Assembly: GCA_001600695.1 (NCBI GenBank)
Contig: BCKQ01000001.1
Coordinates: 183,392 to 247,391, forward strand
From: Ascoidea asiatica JCM 7603
Taxonomy: Eukaryota > Fungi > Ascomycota
DNA length: 64,000 nucleotides
Reading direction: 5' to 3'
The position numbers and the translations under genes are program-made. Each line of letters opens with the position of its first letter. The stretch's first letter is position 1. Shown piece by piece: positions 48,319 through 60,761 of the stretch. The notes under the pieces were generated by a model, which was not told the DNA's origin, did no database searches, and saw only the letters and a program-made list of their open reading frames with translations.

Positions 48319-48943
48319 TGCTACCTTTGCATATTTTTATATTTTTTTTTTTCTTCAAACTTTTTCTCTTTCTTTGTGAATGTTCATTATACTCTATTAT
48401 TCTATTAACATTTTTGTCAATTCTTATATTTCATTTTTTATTTATTCTTTTTTGCATCAGATTTTGTACTAAAAGTTGAGTTATTTCAAAAAATTATTTT
48501 TCATTTCTACATTCCAACATGCATTTGTATTTATTGTCTTATTTTTCATTTAATATTCATTATCATTATATCACTAGCTCAAATACTTCAGGTCTTTAGT
48601 TTTTTGTTTTTTTTCATGACTTTCAGAATTTAATAAAAAGATCAAATCACATTTACCTATTGAGTAATTATTGACATTGTTATTTGTAACTTATTCGAAT
48701 ATGATTAACAGAAATAATAGACAAGTTATTTACTGTAATATCCCGGATAAATAAAAGTCAATCTATTGGGGTAATCTTTATGAACTTTTCTTTAACTTTA
48801 CTTTTATATTTTGAATGAATTTGAGAAATTGTGATTTGAAATAGATTTTTATATAACAAGAGATTAGAATAAAAGTAAAAATAAAAATAAAAATAAAAAA
48901 TATAAAAAATATTAAAAATGAGAGTGAATATAGGTAACGAAAA

Positions 48944-50743
48944 TTAATGATGGAATAAACGAATTGGATTTTCAAGGTAAACCATATTTTGAGAATCTGC
49001 AGCAGCTAATACAGCTTCATCCATTATAGAACCTGTTGGAGCAATAACGAATTTAACACCAGATCTTGAAGCTCTATAAACATTATCAGGGAATGGGAAA
49101 AAAGCATCAGAAGATAAAGAAACATCAGTTAATTTATTTAACGAATCTTTTCTTTCTTGAATTGATAAAGGAATTGGAATAATTTCAAATTTTGATTCAT
49201 ATTCAGATTTTTCAGGTTCTTCAACTGGAATTTGACCAGTTACATATAAATCAATTGCATTTGATTTTTCAGGTCTTTTTACACCTTTTGCCCATTTAAT
49301 TTCTAAAACTTTTGGATGATGTCTAAACCACCAATTATCAGCTTTATCACCAGCTAATCTTGTACAATGAATTCTTGATTGTTGACCAGCACCTAAACCT
49401 ATAACCATACCATTTTTAGCATAACAAACTGAATTTGATTGAGTATATTTTAAAGCAATTGTTGCAACAGTTAAATCAATTATTGCTTGTTTTGTTAAAT
49501 TTTTATTTTTTTTTGAAATAATTTTTAAATTTTCTTCATTAATATTAAATTTTATATTATTACGTTTTTGTTGTAAATTTATACCATAAACTTGTCTTGT
49601 TTCAATTTCATCAGGTATATAATTTGGATCCATTTGAAGTACACAATATTTACCTTTTTTTTTATTTTTTAAAATTTTTAAAGCTTCAGGATCATAATCA
49701 GGAGCAATTACACCATCACTAACTTCTTTTGAGATATATTTAGCAGTTGGAACATCAACTTTTGAAGATAAAGCAATAAAATCACCAAATGAAGACATTC
49801 TATCAGCACCTCTTGCTCTAATATAAGCATTAGCTAAAGGAGATAATTGATCATTTTTACCAACAAAATAAATTTTTTTTTCAATTTCAGATAATTCTAA
49901 ACCAACAGAAACACCAGCTGGGGAAACATGTTTAAAAGAAGCAGCAGCAGGTAAATTTAAAGATTCAGATAATTCTTTAACTAAAGGCCAAGCATTTAAA
50001 GCATCTAATAAATTTATATAACCTGGAGAACCACTTAAAACTTTAAAAGGTAAAGTATTATTTGACATGAAAGCTTGAGCAGGTTTTTGATGAGGATTTG
50101 CACCATATCTTAAAGTTAATTGAAAATTTTGATTATCATTTGAATAAATTTTTCTAAAATAATCAGAAATTGTTGAATCATAAATTGAAGTTAATTCAAA
50201 TGCTTTCAAAGCTAAATTTTTTTTTAAATCTGAAGAAATTTCATTTTTTTCTTTTAAATCTTTTAAAATTAAATTATAATCATTTGGATCAGAAACAATT
50301 GAAACTCTTTTATGATTTTTAGCAGCAGCTCTTAATAAAGTAACACCACCAATATCAATTTGTTCAATTGCATCATCAATAGTTACATCAGGCTTAGAAA
50401 TTGTTTCTTTAAAAGGATATAAATTACAAACAACTAAATCAATTTTATTTATATTTAAATTTTTTAAATCTTTTAAATCAGAATCTATATCTCTTGATAA
50501 AATACCACCATGAACAGCAGGATGTAAAGTTTTAACTCTACCACCTAACATTTCAGGAAATTTAGTTATTGTTGAAACATCATCAATTTCTAAACCATTG
50601 TTTCTAATTAAAGTTGCAGTTCCTCCAGAACCTAATAATTTGAAATTATTTGAAATTAAACCTTTTGCAAATTCAATTAAATCAGTTTTATCGTAAACAG
50701 ATAAAATAGCTAATTTTTTAGAACAATTATCACTTGAGGACAT
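48944..50743 (-). CDS. ADE17: Bifunctional AICAR transformylase/IMP cyclohydrolase (Ade16/Ade17)
   Basis: [52 protein letters not shown] and RLFHH. Confidence 0.96.
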   Translation of the reverse strand: MSSSDNCSKKLAILSVYDKTDLIEFAKGLISNNFKLLGSGGTATLIRNNGLEIDDVSTITKFPEMLGGRVKTLHPAVHGGILSRDIDSDLKDLKNLNINKIDLVVCNLYPFKETISKPDVTIDDAIEQIDIGGVTLLRAAAKNHKRVSIVSDPNDYNLILKDLKEKNEISSDLKKNLALKAFELTSIYDSTISDYFRKIYSNDNQNFQLTLRYGANPHQKPAQAFMSNNTLPFKVLSGSPGYINLLDALNAWPLVKELSESLNLPAAASFKHVSPAGVSVGLELSEIEKKIYFVGKNDQLSPLANAYIRARGADRMSSFGDFIALSSKVDVPTAKYISKEVSDGVIAPDYDPEALKILKNKKKGKYCVLQMDPNYIPDEIETRQVYGINLQQKRNNIKFNINEENLKIISKKNKNLTKQAIIDLTVATIALKYTQSNSVCYAKNGMVIGLGAGQQSRIHCTRLAGDKADNWWFRHHPKVLEIKWAKGVKRPEKSNAIDLYVTGQIPVEEPEKSEYESKFEIIPIPLSIQERKDSLNKLTDVSLSSDAFFPFPDNVYRASRSGVKFVIAPTGSIMDEAVLAAADSQNMVYLENPIRLFHH

Positions 50744-51197
50744 TTTGATTTGAAGAATAGTAATGTAATAAAGTTTCTAGAAAGTAATTTTACTAAAAAT
50801 ATTATTCAATATATTATTATATTATAATGTACTTATTATAATATAAAATGATTTATAAAAAAAAGAGAATTTTAAGGAGATAATGATTTATATTAATATT
50901 TATTCAAATACTTTGAAAACAATAGAAAAATTCGTAAAAGAAATGTTATTTATTGAATGTCTGATATCTGATAATTCAGTATTTATTTATCCAATTGAAA
51001 TTTCATAAATTTTTTTTTAATTTTTGATATTTTCTTCTAATATTTTTTTCTTCAAATTAATCTAATTGAATCCAACTTAAATTTTAAATTGCAATTAACT
51101 CATTAATTAATTTCGGTGCTCATCAAACCTCGACTGCTCACAACGCTGAAATTAAAGAGGGAATGCGGGCGTGCCAACCACCAATGAAAACGAGCCC

Positions 51198-51307
51198 GAG
51201 TCACAACAAACCACAGCCGCAGCGAAAGAACGCGAAAAAGAACAAAAACGAAAGCAAAAAGCGAAAAAGCGAAGAAATTGAATAGAACAAAGAAAAGTCC
51301 CGAGTCA
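51198..51307. promoter_or_regulatory. Two Bas1-type TGACTC sites upstream of ADE17
   Basis: GAGTCA at 51198-51203 and 51302-51307, both in a CCCGAGTCA context. Bas1 regulates ADE genes through TGACTC in yeasts. Confidence 0.6.
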
Positions 51308-53834
51308 AAACAGAGCAGCACAGCGAGCAGAGCCGAAAAAAAAAGTGAGACCAGATTTTCGGTTGTAGATTGTACTGTATCACGAGGATAAAAGTCGGGT
51401 GATATTTTGAAAAAATTTAGGATTTTTGATCATGTGCTGTTTATTAATAAGGTTTAGCCAACACCAGCCACAGAGACACAGATCTGGTAATACTTGTTCT
51501 ATAATCAAAACCTTAAAAACAATACAAATACCTGCATTTTAAATTCTAAACCTTAAATTTTAAATTCTAATGTTCAATAAAAGATTAATAAAACAAGATG
51601 TATTGATTTTCTGCTTATATATGTTTTTAAACAAATAAAATGAAAATGGTAACTAAGAAAGCTGTTATGGAACTACATAAAATCAAATGGGGTTTCGATT
51701 TTGAAAAAAATGAAATTAAAAAAGTATTCCTGTTATTTAACTAGCCGAATTAATTTCATGCTTAATTGACTATCAATATGTAGTTAAGGTGAATCGAAGA
51801 ATATTTTATTCAATTTTTATTCTTTAAAATAGAAATCTATTGAAATTTATTGCCATTAGGTTTTTGAAAATTATAATAATCAAAATTTAAAATTTCATTA
51901 GATTAGTTAATCATTAATGCTTTTTTTATCTAAAAGGAAAATTTCAGTCTATTAATTTTGGATTTTAATTGCATTCTTCATGATATATTTGAATATATTA
52001 TTACTGTTGATGGAAATTAACAACTTATTGAGATTAGTTTATTAAGCTAAAGTTTTTTATCATATTGTGTTTTTTGTTTGACATTTATCGGCGTTCAAGT
52101 TCATTACTGACACGTTTCTAACTACGTAGAGTTCTTCTTTGAAGGATATTAGTTTATCAATTCAGTTTTAAAAGTTATAAAGTGTGTCTTTAATTCTTAT
52201 TTTACCTTATTTTCTTTGTTGTAAGCATTCAGGTAAGAATTCATACTATTATAAATGTTATCCAAAAAAGGTTTAAATACCCTTTGCTTAGAGCAAATAA
52301 TTCTTCTTTCACTTACTAGTAACAAATGTTTCATGAACTTTTTCAGATAGTCTCCTATCATAACTTAAATTATGATATAACTGAAAACTTAAAGTAAACC
52401 AATCAAATTCAAACAATTAGTAATCCCTTACTTTTCTCAAATAATATGCTATTAATAAGGTGGAGCTAATTTAATGAATACCCTTTTTTTGAATTCAAAG
52501 AAAAAAAAAATGGCATTTAAGATGCTATTAATTTATTCAATAACTTTCTATCATGTATAAAAACTGCCAAACAATATCTTTGCACAATTTTATTACTCTG
52601 AACTTTCGGCAGATTGGTTTTATACTTCCTAAAATTTCAGTTTTTGACCAGTAAATAAAAAATTTAAATTAATGCCGTTGAAATTAAATGGCTTTCACAA
52701 TAAATATTCCTTAACAGTGAGAAATAATTTTTTTTATCATTTCTTTAGCTTCAAACTTTTCTCGTAAATCTACATGTAATCAAAACCTCCTGCTTGGATT
52801 ATAATGATCATTTATTCTTTATAAACAGTGTATGTACACATAATACCATTTTTTTTGTTTTATTGTATATCTCTAACCAATAATTGGTCTCAAACTCTTA
52901 ACTTGGCCAATAAAAATTCTTAATAACTTTCATTGGAAAGATCAAATTGATAAAAATTAAAAAAAATGGACTCTGTTTTCAATAAAAACTAGAAAACTTC
53001 ATAAACTCATAAGCTCATTAAATTTAAAGTTCCCGTCATGTAAATTATGTTGATAGGTGGAATTTTTATTAGATCAAATAGATAATCTAATTTAAACAAT
53101 GAGTTAAAAAAATCATAATAACTCTATTGACAGAAATATGAAATATCCATTGCAAAGCTATCATAATTTAGCTACTATTTTACGGAGTTTGAATTGTTTT
53201 AAATCAGCCAAAATAATCTATTATGGACAATTTCCATATTTGATATTATTTCCTTGAGTTATTAATCAATCTTCATTATTTTGCCCTTTTCATATAGTTT
53301 GAAGAATAAAAAAGAAATATTTTATTGAAAATTATTAACTTAAGTTTAAGTATACTTCATGATCAACTGTGATAAATGAATCTGATTTTATTTGTTTAAT
53401 TTAAAGAGATGGTACTACGTTTTTGAATTACTACGTGGTTATCAATTTAATCATTTCTTTTAAGTTTGAGCATTAAAAAAAAAAAAAAAAGTTTCAAAAT
53501 TTTGTCTATAACTTGCGTTACTTTCTTTTAAACCCTGTGGGACAACCTATAACCACAATAACCTCAAGGGCTACTATAACCTTAATAACATACTTCAAAA
53601 CAAAAACAATCTTGATTAGTTTACCTCTTATAAATATATCTCTTATTCCGTGAGAAATTTATGAATGTGAGTTTAACTTGTAATATTTTTCTATTATTTT
53701 ACTTTCATATTTATATAACTTAGCAACTTTTTTACATTTATCAATAAAAATTATTATTCTTTTATTATTATTCTTAGACTCTTTTTTTTTTATATTCATA
53801 TACTTTTTTTTGCCTGATATATTATTATTGGGAA

Positions 53835-55526
53835 ATGCTTGAAGAAAACGAACAAAAATCAGTAATTGAGGTTTTTGAATCCCAACAATTGGATAAGAAG
53901 TTCAAAAAAAGCATTTCTAAAATCGACAAAAATAAGACTATAAATACAATTCTTGAAACTGATTCAATAGAAGATATAGAATTTCCATTAAGATATTCTA
54001 AGAGTTGGTACATATCCAATTTTTTAAGAATCTATTCATATAAAAATAAAGCAAATTACATTGAAAATGATAATAGACCTTGGTATAAGAAAATAATTAG
54101 TGCTGGGGATTCAGAAGATATTGAAGAGAGAAAATTTGTTGCAAAAATTGATATGTTTTTAGTTACTTGGGGGTGTATTTCCTATTGTATTAAAAGTATT
54201 GATCAATCAAACTATGCAAATGCATATGTTTCTGGAATGAAAGAGGATTTAAATATGAAAGGTAAAGATTATAATTGGTTAAGTACATATTATACAATTG
54301 GATATGCAATTTTTTTAATTCCATCTCAAATAATTCTTTCAAAAATAAAAGCAACATATTGGCTACCATTTTGTGAGTTAGTCTGGGGTATTTTAACTGG
54401 ATTATGTGCAATACCAAATGATATTAGATACATGTTTGCATTAAGATTTTTAATCGGCGTTACTGAAGCATCATCATGGCCAGGAATGATTACAGTATTT
54501 ATGAATTGGTACACACCAACAGAATTTGCAACAAGAGCAGCTATATTTGGAGCTGCAGGATGTGTTGGATCAATGTTTATTGGATTTATGCAATCGGCTA
54601 TTCATACAAGCTTAAATGGTAAAGGAGGACTTGAAGGTTGGAGATGGCTATTTATAATAAATGCAATTATGACTGTTTTTACAGCAATGATAGGATATTT
54701 TGTTATACCAGATACACCAAAAAATGGAGGGGCAAGATGGTTAACAAATAAAGATATTGAAATTGCAAGAAAGAGAATGGAAAGAAGTGGTAGAAATATT
54801 ATTAAAAAAATGAATTTGAAATTAATCTATAAAACTTATACAGATTGGAAGTTTTGGATAATTGCATTAGCATATGTTCCATGGGCATGGACATTATTAA
54901 CATTTTCATATTTCAATTTATGGTTAAAATCATTGACAAATGAAGATAGTAGTAAAATGTATTCAACAAGTGATATAAATTTAATACCAGTTGGTGGATA
55001 TGCAATTTCTGCAGTTACAATGATCCTTTATTGTAGATATTCAGATTTAAGTGGTAGAAAATTTGGAATATTATTATTTCAAGAGTTAACAACAATATTT
55101 GGATGCAGTATTTTATCAGCATGGCCGAAATCTATCGGCTTAAAGTTTTTTGCATTTTTTATATTATTTTCAGTTCAAGCAACAGGACCAATAGTTATGT
55201 CAATTCTTGCGGAGATTTATTCCAACGATTCTCAAAAAAGAGCAATAATTACAGGATCAATAGTTGTTTTAACATATGCTAATAATGCATGGATGCCATT
55301 ATATATCTGGCCTGCTGATGAAGCACCTAATTATCATTATGGATATAAAGTATCAATAGGATTTGCAGTTGCTTCAATTATTGGAATTTGCTCCTTATTT
55401 TTTGTTTATGTGAAGTATGTTCCACAATCCAAAGAAGATTTTGATAAAATGATCAAATGTCAAAATAGAGTTGATAATGAAAATCAACTTAATATCCAAG
55501 CTGACCTGAGCTGTTCGAGACATTAA
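53835..55526 (+). CDS. MFS permease of the Dal5/allantoate family (Fen2/Seo1-like)
   Basis: KIDMFL, IDQSNYANAYVSGMKEDL, WYTPTE..TR, LNGKGGLEGWRWLFII and PDTP, with multiple TM segments. Confidence 0.88.
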   Translation: MLEENEQKSVIEVFESQQLDKKFKKSISKIDKNKTINTILETDSIEDIEFPLRYSKSWYISNFLRIYSYKNKANYIENDNRPWYKKIISAGDSEDIEERKFVAKIDMFLVTWGCISYCIKSIDQSNYANAYVSGMKEDLNMKGKDYNWLSTYYTIGYAIFLIPSQIILSKIKATYWLPFCELVWGILTGLCAIPNDIRYMFALRFLIGVTEASSWPGMITVFMNWYTPTEFATRAAIFGAAGCVGSMFIGFMQSAIHTSLNGKGGLEGWRWLFIINAIMTVFTAMIGYFVIPDTPKNGGARWLTNKDIEIARKRMERSGRNIIKKMNLKLIYKTYTDWKFWIIALAYVPWAWTLLTFSYFNLWLKSLTNEDSSKMYSTSDINLIPVGGYAISAVTMILYCRYSDLSGRKFGILLFQELTTIFGCSILSAWPKSIGLKFFAFFILFSVQATGPIVMSILAEIYSNDSQKRAIITGSIVVLTYANNAWMPLYIWPADEAPNYHYGYKVSIGFAVASIIGICSLFFVYVKYVPQSKEDFDKMIKCQNRVDNENQLNIQADLSCSRH

Positions 55527-56773
55527 ATATATCTTAATCTCATATCTGTTAGCTTTTTTCCAATCCAATAGTGTATTCTTACTTTTTATTAAATTTAATC
55601 TTTGATTTCGCCTGATTTTTTTATTCTTTTTGTATATTCTTTTTACTCTTTTCATGCCATAAAATATAGTATTTTCATTCTTACACTAATGTTCAATTGA
55701 ATCGTTATCATTGCATATATGAAAATGCTTATTCTTTAGTTTTCATAAGAGATCATTGAGTTGGATTTATTCAAATTGAATATATCCCCTTGGATACTCT
55801 TATTGTTATTCCGAATAGCCCTAGTTAGCCTAGTAGTTGGAGGCGAATTAAACGCTAACCAAAAAAAGAAGCATTTGACTCAATCAGATAAGTATTTAAA
55901 GTGCAATCCTCATTTCCATTGTAATTATCAGCGTCATATTTCCATATATTCTTAAAAGTTTGAAATCTATTGGCAATAATGTACTGTACCTTTTGTTATA
56001 TTAATAGATCTCAGCAGGAGTGTTTTTTTACCAAAGCTTCAGCGTTCAACTGTTTACCTATTTTTGTTTATCAGTCGGTGTACTTTTGGTAGAATAGCAT
56101 TACCATAAGGCTTAGCTGGCAGGCGCAGATCTCCAGTTTCCACGAGGGACACTGATAGCTACATTATTGTTAGCGTTAGTAAAATTCAATATAATCTCTG
56201 AAACAAAGGGGTTTATGTACTCTTTTGTATTGAAGCAAAATGCTTATTTTGGTTTTTAGAGCTTCCCAACAGCAAAAGGCGAGAATTGCAAAGATCATCA
56301 AAAAGAAAGATTTGATCTAGTTTTCAAATTACAGTAAAAGAATTTCTATTATTTTATTCTCTTTGAATCTCTTTAACTCGTTAATTCGTTAATTGTTAAT
56401 TATCTTATTATCTCGTGTTAAGGATTTCTTCTATTTAGTTCAATTCATTTATTCAAATATTCAACTATTGTTCAGTTGGGTTTCACTTCATTTTAGATCA
56501 GCCATCTCAAAATCATTCAATAATATTTCAAGCAGATTATTTTGTGTGATTGGCCTTACAAATATCAAATGAAAGACAACTAGTCATAATTATTACCATT
56601 AAATACTTTATATCACTTAATTATCATATTAATGTTGGCCTGTATCTTCAATTTATCAAATTTTTTTAAAGTTGAACTGTTCAAAACTAATCTGACTTAA
56701 TTTGGTTTAATACATAAAATCAAATATATTCTCTAATATTGTTAATTCAATTTAAACAAATCATTCATCTCAA

Positions 56774-59700
56774 ATGGGAAATAAAAATAATAAGAATAAA
56801 AGAATTCCAAATAAGCCTTCTCTAGAAGCATTTACTGCTGCAAAAGCTGCCTCTTTATTATTCAAAAGCTCCACTTCTTCTTCTTCTATTATTTCTTCTC
56901 TTCAAAAACCTATAAATTCGTCTTATAAAAATTCGAATTCTTCAAATTCTTCAAATTCAAAAACTTTTACAATTCCAAATTCAACTTCAATTCTAAACTC
57001 TAATAATTCAATTCCTCTTTCAAATGCTAACTCTAATAATGTTTCTAATAATATCTCTAATATAGACTCTAATTTTAACTCGAATTACAGTCTTAATCTT
57101 AATTCAAGTTCAAGCTCAAAGCCATCGTCTGCGAATTTAATTCCTAATCGACAACAAGCAAACTCAACTTTTCGATCTAAATCTTCTTCGAATATACTTT
57201 CATTATCATCTACAAAAGAAAATATTAAAAACTCAAATCAAAATAAAATTAATTCTTTTAATGTCAATGATTCAAATAAATCTTCTAGAAAAAAGCTTTC
57301 AAACAATAATGATAAAATACAAAATTCTTCAAAAAGTCATTCATTAACTTTATTGACTGATCTTTCATTTCCAACTCAATCTTCAGTTCCACTTTCTGCT
57401 AATGACTCTATTAATTCTCTGTCCAGTTCTAATTTTTTATCTGTATCCACTATTACTTCTAAACATCAACACAGACCTCGTTCTCTTTATAAACATAAAA
57501 GAACAAATTCCAACTCAAATATAAACTCTAATCCAAATTCAAGTTCAAATCAAAACAATTTTTTATCTTCCTCAATTCCTGCTTTAGCTGCTGCAAATTC
57601 AGCAGTAAATAATATTTCAAATAACAAAAGCAATAACAATAACGATAATAATAATAACTGTAGAGCTGACAGTGTTGAAAATAATCTATTATCTCATAAT
57701 AATCGTTCGTCAAATAATTTTAACTCAAAAGTGACAAATGTTTCAACAAATTTAGATAATTCAGGCTTCTCAAAATCTTTAACTAGAACTCATTCTTTTA
57801 TAGATCATGAAAATATTTATAAATTAAAGCATAAATCAAAATCAGATTTAAGTTTAAACATTAAACAAAATCATTCTATGACCTCAAATTCAAATTTGAA
57901 CCTAAACCTTATTCTTACTGCTCATAATAATAAAGCAAATTTAGATTCAAATACAATAGCTAAAGTGAATTTCAATAAAAGTATTTTCAATTCAAATTAT
58001 AGCATTTCGAAGAGTTCCTCATTATCAAACAATTCTTCCAATCTTGAAATTAATAATATCAGAAAAAATATTACTATCAGTGATAAAACTACAAATTCAA
58101 ATGCCAATAATAATAATCTTAAAGACAATGTGAACGAGAATTTGCAAAACAGTCAGAGAAATCAATATAAAATTCATGATCAAACTCACCAGAACAAACC
58201 AAACATTCAAAATCATAAAGATAATATGAGTTTCAAGAGTCGAGATACTAAAGCCAATTTTACTAGTAATAGCTCAAATATCAATACTTTATTAGCAATT
58301 CCAATTGAGCCAAAAGACCCACATACTGCTGATAATTTCAATTCAATCTCAACATTAGGCTCGCACTTAACAAAACTCGATTTCAATGAAGAAGATGAAA
58401 TTGATAATCCCGATTCTAATATTACAAAAAATAAAGTTATAAGTGAACCTAAAATCATCGACCATAAATCTCTGAATGATAATACCAACATCTCAGATAA
58501 GGTTAAGAAAGATCAAGCATTATATTTATCGTCTAATTCATATATTAGTAAAAATAAAAATAATAAAAATTTCAAAAAAAATTTAATTAAAAATCCAAAA
58601 AAAGAACAGGATAATGATTCAATTAAGAAATCTGGTGATCAAAAAACGGATACAAAACAAAATTTAAATAGAGCTATACATTCAGAAGATAAAGGTAATT
58701 TAGGTTCCCAGAAAAAAGAACCAATAAAGCCTGTTTCTAAAATAAAAAAGCAAGATCCTATTCAATCTGAAGTATTTGATCGATTTAATAAATCATATAA
58801 TCATCATAACCTTAACATCCCAATTCAGTCTTCAAATAAGACAAACAATCAAACCATAAATAACTCTAGTAATACAATCCCTTTAACAAGCAGCCGTGAA
58901 AAACAGATGAAAGAAAAACCTAAACTTAAGCAGTCAATTTCGAGTTTGCAATCAGAAAAACAATTATCGGTTCCAAAACCATCAATTTCAAGTCTGCATT
59001 CCGAAAAGCATTTATCAATTTCAAAAAAATCAATCCCAAATTTATATTCAGAAAATTACCTTCCAGTGCCCATTGATTCAATCTCACCTTCAATAAGATA
59101 TCCAATAGTTTCATATAATGAACTGAAAAATAATTCACTGGCTAAATTAAATAAAACTTCGGTAGACTCTAATGCTAATAGCACTTTCAGTATGCCAATT
59201 AGTCTGCCCCCAATTATTCCAACTACTACTCCTTTAGGATTTACTCAAATAAATCCTCCACGTTCACCTAAGCGTAAACCACCTCCTGAATATTCTCTGT
59301 CAAATGAAAATAATATTGAATATTTTGACAATTATGAATTTCTGTTAAATAAATCTGATGAACAATCAAACAAAAAAAGGGATTTAGATCTTTCTAATAA
59401 TAATAAATTTTCATTTCAAGATGAATTGGATCCAAAGTCAAAAAAAAGATCATCACTTGATGGGGCTAATAAACCTGTCAGAAATTTACCTAATAGAAAT
59501 TCCGAATATTTTAAAGCATTACCAACTTATCCGGATGGGTATGATCAGGTAAAAGTTCAGCATAGAAAAACAGCTCCACCATTATCATTAATTGATCCTA
59601 TATATATTGATAGAAAACTGATAGGTTCTGATAAAAATATGGATGATCATTCTTATTCGGATGGAAATATATCAGATGGCTCAGATTCATCTTCAATGCC

Positions 59701-60496
59701 GCAATATAGTTTATTACCCAGAGCAAAAGGCAATTCAAAAGGCCAGAAAATTAAAAAGAATGCCAAACTGCTTTTTAAAGATTTTAAGATGAAGCCCTCA
59801 AATAATACTTTCAATCCCAATAAAAATAAAAGCTCGAAAAAATCTGATTATCAATTTGTTCAAATTTCAAATCCAATGGGAGGAAGTGGAGACTATTCCT
59901 ACTCTAAAATGCAAAATTTAAGTAATAATAAACCAGTTCAGTTAAGAACGACCATGAGAAAAGAGAAAACTAAGAAACAATTCAATGAAGATAAACCTTG
60001 GAAGCATCATACTGATGCATTTATTGTAACGCAAGAAGAAAGGAAAAGATATGAAGGTTTATGGGCTGCAAACAAAGGATTATATATGGACAAAATGAAA
60101 AGCCCGATTAATAGTGAAATTTCACAAAAATTAGAAGATGGATCAATTGATACCAATGCGGCTGGAAAGGATGTTGTTTCAAATATATTTCGGAATGCAA
60201 ATGGTGATCGAACAGCTGAATCAAATACTCATTCTTCAAGATTAATTCATGGTCTTGTTGTACGTGATTTATGGAAAAGAAGTAAGTTGCCTTATTCTTT
60301 ATTACAAAAAGTATGGGATTTGGTAGATTTAAGACATGATGGAACTTTAACTAAAGATGAGTTTATTGTAGGAACCTGGTTAGTTGATCAATGTTTATAT
60401 GGTAAGAAATTACCAAAAGCTTTAAGTCAAGAAGTATGGGATAGTGTAACGAAATTTGGATTTTCTATAAATATACCGAAAAAGAAATATATTTGA
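56774..60496 (+). CDS. IRS4: EH-domain protein Irs4/Tax4
   Basis: Low-complexity N-terminus. C-terminal LRTTMRK..FNEDKPWKHH, ERKRYEGLWAANKG, WKRSKLP..L..VWDLVD and EFIVGTWLVDQCLYGKKLP. Confidence 0.85.
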   Translation: MGNKNNKNKRIPNKPSLEAFTAAKAASLLFKSSTSSSSIISSLQKPINSSYKNSNSSNSSNSKTFTIPNSTSILNSNNSIPLSNANSNNVSNNISNIDSNFNSNYSLNLNSSSSSKPSSANLIPNRQQANSTFRSKSSSNILSLSSTKENIKNSNQNKINSFNVNDSNKSSRKKLSNNNDKIQNSSKSHSLTLLTDLSFPTQSSVPLSANDSINSLSSSNFLSVSTITSKHQHRPRSLYKHKRTNSNSNINSNPNSSSNQNNFLSSSIPALAAANSAVNNISNNKSNNNNDNNNNCRADSVENNLLSHNNRSSNNFNSKVTNVSTNLDNSGFSKSLTRTHSFIDHENIYKLKHKSKSDLSLNIKQNHSMTSNSNLNLNLILTAHNNKANLDSNTIAKVNFNKSIFNSNYSISKSSSLSNNSSNLEINNIRKNITISDKTTNSNANNNNLKDNVNENLQNSQRNQYKIHDQTHQNKPNIQNHKDNMSFKSRDTKANFTSNSSNINTLLAIPIEPKDPHTADNFNSISTLGSHLTKLDFNEEDEIDNPDSNITKNKVISEPKIIDHKSLNDNTNISDKVKKDQALYLSSNSYISKNKNNKNFKKNLIKNPKKEQDNDSIKKSGDQKTDTKQNLNRAIHSEDKGNLGSQKKEPIKPVSKIKKQDPIQSEVFDRFNKSYNHHNLNIPIQSSNKTNNQTINNSSNTIPLTSSREKQMKEKPKLKQSISSLQSEKQLSVPKPSISSLHSEKHLSISKKSIPNLYSENYLPVPIDSISPSIRYPIVSYNELKNNSLAKLNKTSVDSNANSTFSMPISLPPIIPTTTPLGFTQINPPRSPKRKPPPEYSLSNENNIEYFDNYEFLLNKSDEQSNKKRDLDLSNNNKFSFQDELDPKSKKRSSLDGANKPVRNLPNRNSEYFKALPTYPDGYDQVKVQHRKTAPPLSLIDPIYIDRKLIGSDKNMDDHSYSDGNISDGSDSSSMPQYSLLPRAKGNSKGQKIKKNAKLLFKDFKMKPSNNTFNPNKNKSSKKSDYQFVQISNPMGGSGDYSYSKMQNLSNNKPVQLRTTMRKEKTKKQFNEDKPWKHHTDAFIVTQEERKRYEGLWAANKGLYMDKMKSPINSEISQKLEDGSIDTNAAGKDVVSNIFRNANGDRTAESNTHSSRLIHGLVVRDLWKRSKLPYSLLQKVWDLVDLRHDGTLTKDEFIVGTWLVDQCLYGKKLPKALSQEVWDSVTKFGFSINIPKKKYI

Positions 60497-60761
60497 TTAG
60501 TATTTTTAACTATTCGGTATTTTTTTCAATATTTTTCTACTATATGGTCAAACATCTAACATTTTAAACAAAATGCTACTATATGTTATCATATGCTATA
60601 TTATATTTTGTATTATTATTATTATTATTTTTATTACTATTATTATTTTTATTATTTTTATAGGGTTTATTAATTTTTTTTTTTTTTGGCTTACACAGTA
60701 TATAATCAGAATCAGATGAATAAAAAATGCTAATTAAATGAATATTTTGATAAATTAAAGT

